The notes under the pieces are model-generated. The model searched no databases, had not been told where the DNA came from, and saw nothing but the letters and a program-made list of their open reading frames with translations. A program made the position numbers and the translations under genes. 64,000 nt of DNA from Syntrophomonadaceae bacterium (lineage in GTDB: Bacteria > Bacillota > Dethiobacteria > DTU022). Position 1 is the first letter of the stretch, and every line of letters begins with the position of its first letter. Location: NCBI GenBank assembly GCA_007119965.1, contig SKOR01000044.1:8270-72269 (forward strand), in the 5' to 3' direction. Shown here piece after piece: positions 49,672 to 59,976 of this stretch.

Positions 49672-52218
49672 TTATAAATTGTTACCGGTTTGCGCCGGTA
49701 TTTGATTCTCAGTCTCCGGTGCCTGGTGCCTGCGATCCAGGTAATCAGGTTTAATTCTGACTTTTTTAAGTAGCGTAGAGTTTAACACTACACTGATGGA
49801 ACTTGTAGCCATGGCGGCTGCCCCGATCATCGGGTGCAGTAACCCGAAGAAAGCTGCCGGGATAGCCAGGCCGTTATAAAACCAGGCCCAGAAGTAGTTT
49901 TGTTTGATCTTGCCAAAAGTGGCATTTGACAGCTTGATGGCCGCGATTACTGCGCTTAATTCGCCCCGGACCAGGGTAATATCTGCCGCTTCAATGGCAA
50001 TATCGGTGCCGGTTCCGATCGCAATCCCAACATTGGCCTGTTTTAAAGCGGGCGCATCGTTAATGCCGTCCCCAACCATAGCCACTGTCCCGTATTCCTC
50101 CTGCAGCTTCTTGATTTCGTCTACTTTTCCGTCGGGAAGCACTTCGGCCAGGACTCTGCTCATGCCAACCTTCCGGGCAATGGCGCTTGCTGTTCTGCTG
50201 TTGTCCCCGGTTATCATTGCTGTTCTGAATCCCATTTTTTCCAGCTCGGCAATCGCCTGTTCGGAATCTTCCTTTAGGGTATCGGCAACGGCAACAATCC
50301 CGGCCATTTCACCGCCTATGGCGATTAACATCGCAGTTTTTGCTTCGTCTTCGAGTTTTTCCATTTCATTTACATACTGTTGATATACTATTCCCTTTGC
50401 CTCCATCAGTTTGCGGCTTCCGATCAGGACCTGCTTATCGTTCACCGCTCCTTCAACCCCTTTGCCGGTTACAGATGTAAAATCTGCAACCTTTTGCAGG
50501 GTAAGGCCTTCAGCTTTGGCCTTTTCCACTATGGCTGCTCCGAGGGGATGTTCCGAAGCAGCTTCCAGGCTGCCGCCGTAAAACAGTAAATCGGATCCAG
50601 TGTAGCCGTTTACAGCAGAAATGTCGGTAACCTCCGGTTTTCCCTTGGTGATAGTCCCGGTTTTATCGAAGGCGATGATTTTAACATTCTTAATCGTCTG
50701 GATCGCCTCTCCTTTTCTGATTAAAATTCCATTTTCCGCGCCCAGACCACCACCGACCATGATAGCCGTTGGAGTAGCCAGGCCCAGTGCACAGGGGCAG
50801 GAGATGACCAGTACTGCGATTGTCGCCAGCAGGGCCAGGGAAAACTGCGGTAAATCAACGTTGCTCCACGGGAAGTTAAAGAACTCTACAATCGGAATAA
50901 AAAATCCCGGGAAAAGCGTCCACAACACGAAGGCGAGAACTGCGACCAGAATAACTGCCGGCACGAAAAAACCGGTGACCTTGTCCGCAAATTCCTGGAT
51001 CGGCACCTTGGAACCCTGGCTTTCCTCGACCATCTTGATCACCCGCGAGAGGAAGGTATCTTTGCCGATCTTGGTTGCCTTTACCTGAAGCATGCCTTGC
51101 TTGTTGATTGTAGAGCCGATTACTTCATCCCCGCTTGACCTCTCCACAGGCAGCGATTCGCCGGTAGCCATCGACTCGTCTATGCTGCTCCTGCCCTCGA
51201 CGACTACACCGTCGGTGGGAACCTTTTCACCGGGGCGGACAATCATAACCTGGCCAACTTCCAGCTCTTCGATCGGGACTTCGACTTCCTCCCCGTCGAT
51301 AATCACTCTTGCTTTCTTTGCTTCCATTTCCAGAAGCTTTTTAATCGCCTGGGAAGCTTTACCCTTGGCTTTCGCTTCAAGGAACCTTCCAACCAGGTGC
51401 AGGGTCATAATCGAGGCGGCCATCTCAATGAAAGATGTGATCGGAAACCATATAACAGCCAGGTTGAGCAGGTATGGCAGCAGTGAGCCCATCGATACCA
51501 GGGTATCCATATTCGGGCTGAGGGCTTTCACCGATTTAAAACTGCCCACGTGTGTTTCCCAGCCGGCAAAGAATATTACCGGAAAAGCAAGGACAAAAAT
51601 AATTGGCAAATAGTAAGGAATTTCTACCAGGAACATATGAACCATCATCAGGATCATAATCGGAGCGGCAAAGGATATGGCAAACCACATCCGCCGGGCA
51701 GCATGGGCCATTTTTGCCATTTCGTGATCCTGGATTTCCTTTCCCTTGCTGTCGACATCCGAACTCTCTATTACTTCGTAGCCGCTATCCCTGATAGTTT
51801 TCTTTAGTTTTACCTGGCTGGTTTCAGAGGGGTTATATTTAACAGTGACTTTTTCCGAGGCAAAATTAACTGTGGCTTCAGCAACCCCCGGCTTGCTGTT
51901 CAGGCTTTTTTCAATTCTCTGTGCACAGCTGCTGCAGGTCATGCCGGAAACAGTAAAAGTTATTGTCTTAAGTTCACTGCCGGTTAATTTTCCTTCGTAA
52001 CCGCTCTTTTTTACCACATCGAGCAGGGTGGACTCGTCAATCAAGGCAGAATCAAATTCAACATAGGCTTTCTCCATTGGAAAGTTTACCTGTGCTGACA
52101 GAACTCCCTCAGTCTTTTGCAGCGCCTTTTCAACTCTCTGGGAACAAGCGGTGCAGGTCATGCCGGATAAAGCAATAACCGTTTTTTCCGGTTCTGTTTT
52201 AGTTTCCGGGTTACTCAT
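49672..52218 (-). CDS. copA: copper-translocating P1B-1 ATPase
   Basis: Two GMTCxxC HMA domains, [27 protein letters not shown] and MATSS. Confidence 0.95.
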   Translation of the reverse strand: MSNPETKTEPEKTVIALSGMTCTACSQRVEKALQKTEGVLSAQVNFPMEKAYVEFDSALIDESTLLDVVKKSGYEGKLTGSELKTITFTVSGMTCSSCAQRIEKSLNSKPGVAEATVNFASEKVTVKYNPSETSQVKLKKTIRDSGYEVIESSDVDSKGKEIQDHEMAKMAHAARRMWFAISFAAPIMILMMVHMFLVEIPYYLPIIFVLAFPVIFFAGWETHVGSFKSVKALSPNMDTLVSMGSLLPYLLNLAVIWFPITSFIEMAASIMTLHLVGRFLEAKAKGKASQAIKKLLEMEAKKARVIIDGEEVEVPIEELEVGQVMIVRPGEKVPTDGVVVEGRSSIDESMATGESLPVERSSGDEVIGSTINKQGMLQVKATKIGKDTFLSRVIKMVEESQGSKVPIQEFADKVTGFFVPAVILVAVLAFVLWTLFPGFFIPIVEFFNFPWSNVDLPQFSLALLATIAVLVISCPCALGLATPTAIMVGGGLGAENGILIRKGEAIQTIKNVKIIAFDKTGTITKGKPEVTDISAVNGYTGSDLLFYGGSLEAASEHPLGAAIVEKAKAEGLTLQKVADFTSVTGKGVEGAVNDKQVLIGSRKLMEAKGIVYQQYVNEMEKLEDEAKTAMLIAIGGEMAGIVAVADTLKEDSEQAIAELEKMGFRTAMITGDNSRTASAIARKVGMSRVLAEVLPDGKVDEIKKLQEEYGTVAMVGDGINDAPALKQANVGIAIGTGTDIAIEAADITLVRGELSAVIAAIKLSNATFGKIKQNYFWAWFYNGLAIPAAFFGLLHPMIGAAAMATSSISVVLNSTLLKKVRIKPDYLDRRHQAPETENQIPAQTGNNL

Positions 52219-52251
52219 ATGTGTAGGCCTCTCTTTCTGTTCAGCTTCATC

Positions 52252-52282
52252 TTAAGATATACCCTATACGGGTATATCTTAA
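52252..52282 (-). promoter_or_regulatory. CsoR operator at copA promoter
   Basis: TTAAGATATACCC-TATAC-GGGTATATCTTAA; minus-strand TTGCAT-N17-TAAGAT. Confidence 0.85.
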
Positions 52283-52461
52283 CAGACAATTGCGGTCAAT
52301 GCAAATCTTTTGTTTATCTACTGCTTTATTTCAAAGGATGACAATATCTTGCTGCCGGGATAAAAACTTAAGCCCTGGGCAGCAGGGATTCTGCCACCGG
52401 TTATGGAAATATTACGCGGAGAATGACTGCGCATTGAGTGCGGGGAGTGATACCTGACCAG

Positions 52462-53061
52462 GTGAAAAAATTAGTTATTGCTACAGGCAACAAAAACAAA
52501 CTGACAGAGATAAAAAAAATACTGGAAGGCCTGTCGCTTGAGATTAAAACGATTGCCGATTTTCCCGGGCTGGAAATGCCCGAGGAAGACCGGCCCACCT
52601 TTCGCGGAAATGCTGCTAAAAAAGCGGAAACAGTTTCCGCCTTTAGCGGTGAAATGGCTCTCGCAGATGATTCAGGGTTGGAAGTAGAAGCTTTGGAAGG
52701 CAGACCCGGTGTCCATTCAGCCCGCTATGCCGGGGAGGAGGGAGACTACGCTGCTAATAATCGGCTTTTACTGGAAGAACTGTGGAATATCCCTCCGGAA
52801 AAGCGCGGAGCCCGCTTTATTGCTGTTATCGCCATTGCTTTACCGGGAGGCGAGACATATTTTGCATCAGGGGTTTGTCACGGCCGGATAGCCGAAACAC
52901 CCCGCGGCAGCGGAGGTTTCGGCTACGATCCTCTGTTTGTCTATGAACCGACGGGCCAGACTTTCGCTGAAATGCCTGCAGCTAAAAAGAATATGATCAG
53001 TCATCGCGCCCGGGCCCTGCGCCAGGCGCGTGAACTGCTCGGCCGGCTTATGGACAGGTAG
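52462..53061 (+). CDS. rdgB: XTP/dITP diphosphatase (Ham1 family)
   Basis: ATGN..K..E, ADDSGL, PGV.SARYAG, GFGYDP.F, KN.ISHR; exact start uncertain. Confidence 0.93.
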   Translation: MKKLVIATGNKNKLTEIKKILEGLSLEIKTIADFPGLEMPEEDRPTFRGNAAKKAETVSAFSGEMALADDSGLEVEALEGRPGVHSARYAGEEGDYAANNRLLLEELWNIPPEKRGARFIAVIAIALPGGETYFASGVCHGRIAETPRGSGGFGYDPLFVYEPTGQTFAEMPAAKKNMISHRARALRQARELLGRLMDR

Positions 53062-53279
53062 GGAAGATACAACAGGTCCGTTAACCGTACCTGTAATCTA
53101 TAGCCTGAACCGGGCCGGCAATCCATAGAACATATTTAATATGACACCATAATATTATGCCGGTTGTCTTTCGTGACCGTTTCTGTCAAAAGGGCAGAAT
53201 ATCTTTTACAGGCTAAAGTTGAAATGCTTAATGGGGTTAAACAGGTTTTGCCTGATTACAAAAAGAGAGGATGAAAAAA

Positions 53280-53654
53280 ATGGCTAATATGATCGAGAAT
53301 TTTAAAAAGGTGATTGAAGAGTTAAAATCAGACCTGGGCGATGGGTTGCTATCCGCCGATATATGGCATATCAGGGATGCCCAGGGGCTGGCCGGGTATA
53401 ATACAAACCCCAAGGCAACAGCGCTATTCAACGAGGTTACTCGCGTGCTCGGAAAAACCCTGCAAGGTTCGGAATACCCCGGCTTGGGTGATTACTATTC
53501 AGTTCACCTCGATAACAACTCCCTGGTTGTGATTATTCTATTCGGCGACTACCAGCTTGGCATGACAGTCGATCTCTCAAAGACCACAATGGGATTATTG
53601 ATGAGCGTGGTTATGCCAAAGATACACAAAATGCTAAAAGAGTCGATATCTTAA
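53280..53654 (+). CDS. hypothetical protein, roadblock/LC7-like
   Basis: GAGAGG RBS; ~124 aa with helix-strand-strand-helix-three strands-helix pattern ending VDLSKTTMGLL. Confidence 0.55.
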   Translation: MANMIENFKKVIEELKSDLGDGLLSADIWHIRDAQGLAGYNTNPKATALFNEVTRVLGKTLQGSEYPGLGDYYSVHLDNNSLVVIILFGDYQLGMTVDLSKTTMGLLMSVVMPKIHKMLKESIS

Positions 53655-53696
53655 CCTCCCACCGCTAAATTACCGGTAACCAATACCCGGGAAAAA

Positions 53697-53759
53697 GGTG
53701 TTTCAGGAACCGTCCCCTATGCACCCAAAAGGTGTTTCAGGGACGGTTCCTGAAACACC
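53697..53759. repeat. second locus of the REP-like repeat (two copies)
   Basis: GGTGTTTCAGGAACCGTCCCCTATGCACC (53697-53725) and self-palindromic GGTGTTTCAGG-GACGGTT-CCTGAAACACC (53731-53759). Confidence 0.88.
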
Positions 53760-53780
53760 CGCCGGAAGGAGCCTATCAGC

Positions 53781-55115
53781 ATTAATAATCAAACAGACCC
53801 AAATAAAACAGTATTAAGCTGGCCCCTGGCCGGTGACCCCGGTTCCTGGCGTTCAACGCTCTACGGGCTGCAATGGTTTGCCTTTGCCACTGCTAATGTT
53901 GCAGTGCTCCCGGTTTTTTTAGGAACTCAACTGGGGCTGGACCAGGCCGGCATCGCCGATTACGCCCAGAGAATGTTTTTCTTTGTCGGGTTGGCTTCCC
54001 TTCTCCAGGTAACTTTTGGTCACCGCCTGCCAATTATTGAAGGCCCTGCTGCTCCCTGGTGGGCAGTTATTGTCAGCCTGGCTGGGATTGCCACGGCCAT
54101 CGGTAAACCCCTTGAATTGGTGCGCACCGACCTGGTCGGGGCGATGCTGCTCTGCGGAGCGCTACTGGTGGTGCTCGGTTTTACCGGTATAGTTGGCCGG
54201 GTTATGAAACTTTTTACACCGCCGGTCACCGGGTGTGTCCTCATTCTACTATGCTTACAGTTAAGCGGGACCTTTGTCAGCGGTATCCTGGGGGCAAGCG
54301 CTGTAGATAATGGTTTTAATTATGCCCCGGTATTGATCAGTGCAGTGGTTATTGCCACGATAGTCATGCTTTCCATGAAAGCTCCTCCCCTGTTGAGGAG
54401 CATTAACGTGCTGATTGGTCTTGGCGTGGGATGGGCTCTCTATGCCTTATTCGTAAGTGAACCTGCAGAAGCGATTGAGCCGGCCCAGATTGTTCAACTG
54501 CCCCGGCTTTTTTCCTGGGGCTGGCCAACCCTTGATCCCGGCGTTACTATTACCGGGGTCATAATTTCATTAATCATCCTCGCCAATCTTCTGGCCAGTA
54601 TCGCAGCAATGTCTAAAGCTACCGATAAGCCCATGGAAGCAAAGGATTACAACAGGGCCGTTGTATTTAACGGGGTAAGCAACTTGCTGGCCGGAATCGG
54701 TGCATCAGTAGGCACGGTACCCTTTGCTGCTTCGACCGGCCTGGTAAAAATATCAGGGGTGGCATCGCGCAAACCGTTTTTTATCTTCTGCCTGTTGATG
54801 ATAGCAACCGGGTTTTTCCCGCAGGTAGGCGCATTCCTGGCCAGGATACCCCAGCCTGTCGGTTATGCCGTTTTGCTGGCCGCTTTTACCCAGATCTTAA
54901 TTGTCGGGCTCCAGGAACTGAAAAAACTGAACCTCGATCAGCGCGATTCCTTTGTAATCGGCCTGACCATTCTTGTCGGGGCCGGCGTGGCATCTCTGCC
55001 CGACGCCGCCCTGGTCGGCCTTCCCGATCTGGCACGCTACATCTTTGGAAACGCCTTGATTGTAGGGATAATTATTTGTTTGCTCATGGAACATGTTATT
55101 ATCCCCCGCAAATAG
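53781..55115 (+). CDS. NCS2-family (xanthine/uracil, YwdJ-like) nucleobase permease
   Basis: GLQWFAF, LQ...GHRLPIIEGP, FTP.V.G, G.VP...S.G; N-terminus extends upstream of the tracked GTG to ATT 53781 / ATC 53775 behind AAGGAG. Confidence 0.85.
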   Translation: MNNQTDPNKTVLSWPLAGDPGSWRSTLYGLQWFAFATANVAVLPVFLGTQLGLDQAGIADYAQRMFFFVGLASLLQVTFGHRLPIIEGPAAPWWAVIVSLAGIATAIGKPLELVRTDLVGAMLLCGALLVVLGFTGIVGRVMKLFTPPVTGCVLILLCLQLSGTFVSGILGASAVDNGFNYAPVLISAVVIATIVMLSMKAPPLLRSINVLIGLGVGWALYALFVSEPAEAIEPAQIVQLPRLFSWGWPTLDPGVTITGVIISLIILANLLASIAAMSKATDKPMEAKDYNRAVVFNGVSNLLAGIGASVGTVPFAASTGLVKISGVASRKPFFIFCLLMIATGFFPQVGAFLARIPQPVGYAVLLAAFTQILIVGLQELKKLNLDQRDSFVIGLTILVGAGVASLPDAALVGLPDLARYIFGNALIVGIIICLLMEHVIIPRK

Positions 55116-55119
55116 TTGG

Positions 55120-55165
55120 AAAAAAGGGGCTCAGAGGTGCCTTAAACACCTCTGAGCCCTTCTTT
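55120..55165. terminator. bidirectional intrinsic terminator
   Basis: A-run, GGGCTCAGAGGTG-loop-CACCTCTGAGCCC, T-rich tail; between convergent genes. Confidence 0.85.
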
Positions 55166-55230
55166 CTTCCAGGTGCAGTCCAAGGGGGGAGGGGGTTTTG
55201 TGTGCTAATCCCGCCTCCGGCTTTCTTCGC

Positions 55231-56619
55231 TTAAAGGCCTGCCCTTTCCTTGAAACGTTCTACAGAGTTAATCTTGATATCGAGGGCCTTGGCAATATTG
55301 AACTTTGCTTCAATACCCTTGGGGAAGTTGTTCAGGTCAAACGAACGCCCCATACCCTTATCAGCCCTAATATCATACATCTTATCTGAATCGCTTAGAT
55401 CGATGGGGTCGACCCCCAGTTTTTCCGCTACATACTTTTTGGCTTCGTCGATCTTCATGCTCTTAGCGAGCTGTATCCGCAGAACCAGATCTCCGGCTGT
55501 GCGAATGCCACTCATGCAGGAAGAAACTCCGTGAGCCACTTCGAGGCTAAAAGTATCGCCTACCCCTATCTATAACCCGTCGGCCTTGCCGATTTCAATC
55601 AGCGCTTTATCGGCCCTGGTTACAGCGTCGATCGGCGGAATCTCGCTGGTCGGGATACCGCCGACACCCATGCCGACGTTAACGTGCACCGGGATATCTG
55701 CTGCCTCGGTGCAGGCTTTCACAAAGGTTACAGCGCGGGCAATGCCCCAGGGAAAGGACATCTTGGTGTTTGTATTGATTACGGCACCGAAAATGTTGGC
55801 CCCCGCTTTTTCTGCCAGCTTGACCTGTTTGTGCGGGTAAAGTCCGGCTACCCTTGTCCCGTCGTATTCAATTTTACCGTGCATCCCTAACACAAATTCA
55901 CCGGCGGCACCCATTTCAACACCAAAATCAGGGTATTTTTCCTTAATTTTTTCGGTAGCCAGCAGTCCGGCGAGAAAATCTGCATCACCGGAAGCTCCGC
56001 AGGTGTCGAGGTTAATGCCGTCAGCACCGGCCGCATACATTTCACCGGCCACGAAAACTATATCGCGGACAGCATGTTCAACCGCTTCTTCCTGGGCGGC
56101 TCGTGATTCATCAATCTTTCCCAACGGCAGTAGCTCTGACCAGTTTTCTACCGGACCGTCAGGCTTTGTGTAGAGGCCAAGATTCGGCATAGAACCGTAA
56201 AGAACCGGCATAACTGCGTTAAGCTGGGCAAGCTCCATGACCGGGGTTTCATTGTGAATAATCTGCTTTACAGCCTTGTAGCTGTAGTCCATGTTGCCGA
56301 TATCGACAGAGTCGGCACCTAAAATCTTTTCACTGACCAATACAGCCATCGAACGTTCCATGGCAATATTGGCATGATAGGTCATCTTACAGCTGCCCGA
56401 GTCGGAAGTGCTCACCACTTCCCGGCCTCGCTTGACACCTACAATGTTTCCCGGCATCGTAATGATCTCGAAGAGGTAATCCATCTCTTCTTCGGTCAAC
56501 TCAGGAATTTTACCGCGTTTAGCGGCATCTTCCACGCCTTTTTTTATTTCATCCTTAATTTCTTCCGCGGACATATAGACGCCGGAACCGTCGCCCATCC
56601 GTGTAAAAAATTCACCCAA
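55231..56619 (-). CDS. mtbB: dimethylamine:corrinoid methyltransferase, pyrrolysine-containing (TAG at codon 350)
   Basis: Track ORFs 55570-56619 and 55231-55539 are one frame joined by TAG (55570-55572): KADGL-O-IGVGDTFSLEVAHG...GIRTAGDLV...EAKKYVAEKLGV...KGIEAK.NI...LDIKINS; N-terminal FTRMGDG; 462 aa; GGAGG RBS. Confidence 0.95.
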
Positions 56620-56661
56620 AAATATCTCCTCCTTTACATTAGTTTAGGACTGGCCTAGCTA

Positions 56662-56690
56662 AGTATAATAGATGGCAGGGCAAACTTCAA
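56662..56690 (-). promoter_or_regulatory. sigma-A promoter of mtbB
   Basis: Minus-strand TTGAAG-N17-TATACT. Confidence 0.6.
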
Positions 56691-56924
56691 TCTATTTTAG
56701 CACCAGTAATTCTAAAGGGACAGGGTTGCGCGAGGAATGCCTGAATTAAAAATTTACCGGGTCAGCTGCCCTAAATAACAGATTGTTTTTTGCGCCGGGG
56801 GGGGCGCCGTAAATATATAACAATAAACCGCCTGCTGCCGCAGGGGAGTCAATAAAAACCTGTCTTGCACCTCTTATCCGGGTTGTCACACTGTTGGAAT
56901 GACGGCCCCTGCTTCTAACCTACA

Positions 56925-58097
56925 TTAAATCCGGTCACTGGCCACCGCAGAAAATTCCTGTTTAATTCTCTTCTGCAGTTCTATGTCTTTTAAGATCTTA
57001 TGTCCGGTTATAGCCATCGCCTGGCCTACGGTAAGCATGATGTTGTATGCTTCTTCACTATCGCAGAGCATGCTGAATTTGCGGGTGTGCCCGGGCACCC
57101 ATTGATCGGTAATGGCAACCATCGGGCGGATAGAAGGTGTGACCCGGCTGACATTTCCCATGTCAATTGAATCCATGCCTTCATCATGTGGGGAATCCAG
57201 GGCATAACCTGTTTCCCTGAGGCTCTCTGCAAAAAGATCTGCCATTACCCTGTTGCTGACCATCGCTTCGTAAGGAAAGCCTGATTCGGTAACTTCAAGG
57301 CTGGTGCCTGTTGCTATTGCCGCTCCCCTGGCGCAGGCGACTACCTTTTCAATAACTTCACCAAGATAGCGGCTGTCGCGGGCCCTGATAATAAAATCGG
57401 CCGCAGCCCGATCGGGGATAATATTGGGGGCCAGTCCGCCTTCGGAAACTATACCATGAATGCGGACATCATCTTTCAGGTGCTGCCTCATGGCATTAAT
57501 ACTGTTAAACGTCTGGATCACCCCGTCGAGTGCGTTTCTACCTTCCCACGGATCAGTTGAAGCATGTACACTTCGGCCGTGGAAGATAAACCTGTAATCC
57601 CGGCAGGCCAGTGATTCGACATGAATGCTGGTAGAACAGCCGGGATGAAACATCATCGCGGCATCCACGTCATCAAAAACACCCGAATTGACCAGCACTA
57701 CTTTGCCGCCCTCATCTTCTTCATTAGGGGTGCCGATAATTGATACCCGGCCCGGCATATCCCCCAGGCTTGCCGCCAGGGCGACACCCGCAGCCACCCC
57801 GGAGATGCCAATCAGGTTATGGCCGCAGCCATGGCCTATTTCCGGTAAAGCATCATACTCGGAACAGTAGCCGATATGGAAACCTTCCCCGCCATAACTG
57901 GCCATAAAAGCTGTTTTTAAGCCGCCGATGCCCCGCCAAACTTTAAACCCTTTATCCTCAAGGTATGTTGTGATCAGATCTAAAGCGAAAAATTCCTGCC
58001 CGCCAACTTCCGGGTTATTATAGATTGCCCGGGCCATTTCCACCAGTTTAACCTTTTCCTCATCGATCGTCTGCTGAATAGACGCTAATTCACTCAC
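56925..58097 (-). CDS. M20-family amidohydrolase (ACY1L2/HmrA-like)
   Basis: EYDALP.IGHGCGHNLI, TP.EE, MMFHP, PW.G.NALD, DMGNVS, HT. Confidence 0.9.
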   Translation of the reverse strand: MSELASIQQTIDEEKVKLVEMARAIYNNPEVGGQEFFALDLITTYLEDKGFKVWRGIGGLKTAFMASYGGEGFHIGYCSEYDALPEIGHGCGHNLIGISGVAAGVALAASLGDMPGRVSIIGTPNEEDEGGKVVLVNSGVFDDVDAAMMFHPGCSTSIHVESLACRDYRFIFHGRSVHASTDPWEGRNALDGVIQTFNSINAMRQHLKDDVRIHGIVSEGGLAPNIIPDRAAADFIIRARDSRYLGEVIEKVVACARGAAIATGTSLEVTESGFPYEAMVSNRVMADLFAESLRETGYALDSPHDEGMDSIDMGNVSRVTPSIRPMVAITDQWVPGHTRKFSMLCDSEEAYNIMLTVGQAMAITGHKILKDIELQKRIKQEFSAVASDRI

Positions 58098-58491
58098 TTA
58101 TTTTCACCTGCCTCTTATAAAATATTAGCCCTTTAACATATGTTACCACATAGACCGCTTAAGGTAACCTTTTTTTTAAAAGAGCGGGTTTATTCAACAA
58201 AATTGCTTCCCAGCATAGTTAGCTTGCTGCCTGAAATAAGCATAAAGCGATAAACCATTCCTGTGAGCGTAACTTTGCCTGCATCTCCGGACCCTGAAGT
58301 GCCAAAGCACTGCTCCATTAATCTGAAGGTTAATGCCGGCCACAGCCTGGCCTGTCCGGAAAATATTATATATTGTGCCCCGAAATTTTGCCACTTCTTC
58401 AAAAAAGGATGAACCGGCCGCCTTGGAGAAATTTATATAAAGCCGGGGAAATCTTTTCCCTGTCCGGAAAAAAAGAGAGGAGGCGCATAAA

Positions 58492-59334
58492 ATGATCCCT
58501 GTGAGGAAGCTTGGCAGAACAGGCCTTTCCGTATCCCTTTTCAGCCTGGGCGGTGAATCGACAATTGAGAAAGCAGATCGCGCAGACGAAGCTGAAAGAA
58601 TAATTAACCGGGCCTTCGACCTGGGAGTAAACTACATCGATACTGCGCCCTACTATGGCCGGGGCGGAAGTGAAAGCAACATCGGACGGGTCATGGAATA
58701 CCGCCGGAATGACGTCTTCCTGGCCACTAAAACACCCGACCGCACCTACGACGGGACCATGCAATATGTCGAAGAAAGCCTTAAACGGCTGCGCACAAGT
58801 TACCTTGATCTCTACCAGCTGCACGACATGCAAACACCGGATGACCTGAATAAAGTTTTCGGGAAAAACGGTGCAATCAAAGCGCTTGAAAAATTAAAAG
58901 ACCAGAAAGTGATCCGCTTTACAGGCATTACCGGACACAAAGATCCCGACCTGCTCCTGCAGGGAATCAAGACATATCCTTTCGACTGTATCTTAATGTT
59001 TCTCAACGCCGGCGATGTCCATTACCTGCCATTCCAGGAGAAACTTCTAAAAGAAGCGGTGAAGCTTGAAATGGGTATTATTGCCATGAAAACTACAGCC
59101 GTTGGACGTATCTTCCAGCCAGGCGGCATAACTTCTATGAAACAAGCCCTCGGTTATGTTTTTTCTTTCCCCGTCAGTACAGCCATCGTCGGCATAACAA
59201 CTGAAGCAGAAGTAGAAGAAAATGCCCGCCTGGCCGCAGAGCTTAAACCGCTGAAAGCGGAGGAAATAAAGCACCTGGAATCACTGACCGAACCGTACGC
59301 CGAACAGGCCAACTACTTTAAGCACCACTGGTAA
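58492..59334 (+). CDS. aldo/keto reductase
   Basis: RKLGRTG, GVNYIDTA.YY, ATK, SLKRLRT.YLDLYQLH, GITGH, AMK. Confidence 0.92.
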   Translation: MIPVRKLGRTGLSVSLFSLGGESTIEKADRADEAERIINRAFDLGVNYIDTAPYYGRGGSESNIGRVMEYRRNDVFLATKTPDRTYDGTMQYVEESLKRLRTSYLDLYQLHDMQTPDDLNKVFGKNGAIKALEKLKDQKVIRFTGITGHKDPDLLLQGIKTYPFDCILMFLNAGDVHYLPFQEKLLKEAVKLEMGIIAMKTTAVGRIFQPGGITSMKQALGYVFSFPVSTAIVGITTEAEVEENARLAAELKPLKAEEIKHLESLTEPYAEQANYFKHHW

Positions 59335-59387
59335 GGACAGCATGTTACTGGTTGTTATTTACAAATAAAATCTAAGGGAGAGTAAAA

Positions 59388-59762
59388 ATGGATCAAAAAA
59401 AGTTTGATGAAGGCCTTGCCGTCCGTAAAGAAGTGTTGGGGGCAGAGTATGTGGATAATGCGCTCAGCAGGATGAATGATTTTAATCGACCCATGCAGGA
59501 GCTCGTAACACAGTATTGTTGGGGAGATATATGGCAAAGGCCGGGGCTTTCAAGGAAGACCCGCAGCCTGCTTAACCTCGCCATGATTACTGCTTTAAAC
59601 CGTCCTCATGAACTGAAGCTTCATGTGCGGGGAGCGCTCAATAATGGTGTGACTGTCGATGAAATTAAAGAAGTTTTCCTGCAAAGCGCAATTTACTGTG
59701 GTGTCCCGGCAGCAATTGACAGCTTCAGGGTAGCAGAAGAAGTCTTTAAGGAAAGGGAGTAA
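59388..59762 (+). CDS. carboxymuconolactone decarboxylase family protein (PcaC-like)
   Basis: GL.VRKEVLG.EYV, WG.IW.RPGL, ELKLHVRGALNNG, YCGVPA. Confidence 0.9.
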   Translation: MDQKKFDEGLAVRKEVLGAEYVDNALSRMNDFNRPMQELVTQYCWGDIWQRPGLSRKTRSLLNLAMITALNRPHELKLHVRGALNNGVTVDEIKEVFLQSAIYCGVPAAIDSFRVAEEVFKERE

Positions 59763-59976
59763 TGTGGGCGGCAGCAGTTCTGACAGGCCAAAGCAGAACT
59801 TTAGAGAACTATGGGCCGGTAACCATTTTTGCAGCAGGCAATTAAGGGGTAATGGTGACGAGATGATTATTGACTAGCTTTTACTTCGGCCCGGATCCTG
59901 AAGGATATGGGCTGCTCAGCTGAGAAGGTTACAGGGCGGAGGCAGGGTGATCCTGACACCACTAGCTTGACCCATC

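Noticed and set aside
55231-55572. mtbB as a pseudogene or two separate genes
   Set aside because: The TAG sits at the conserved Pyl motif and both halves are intact in one frame
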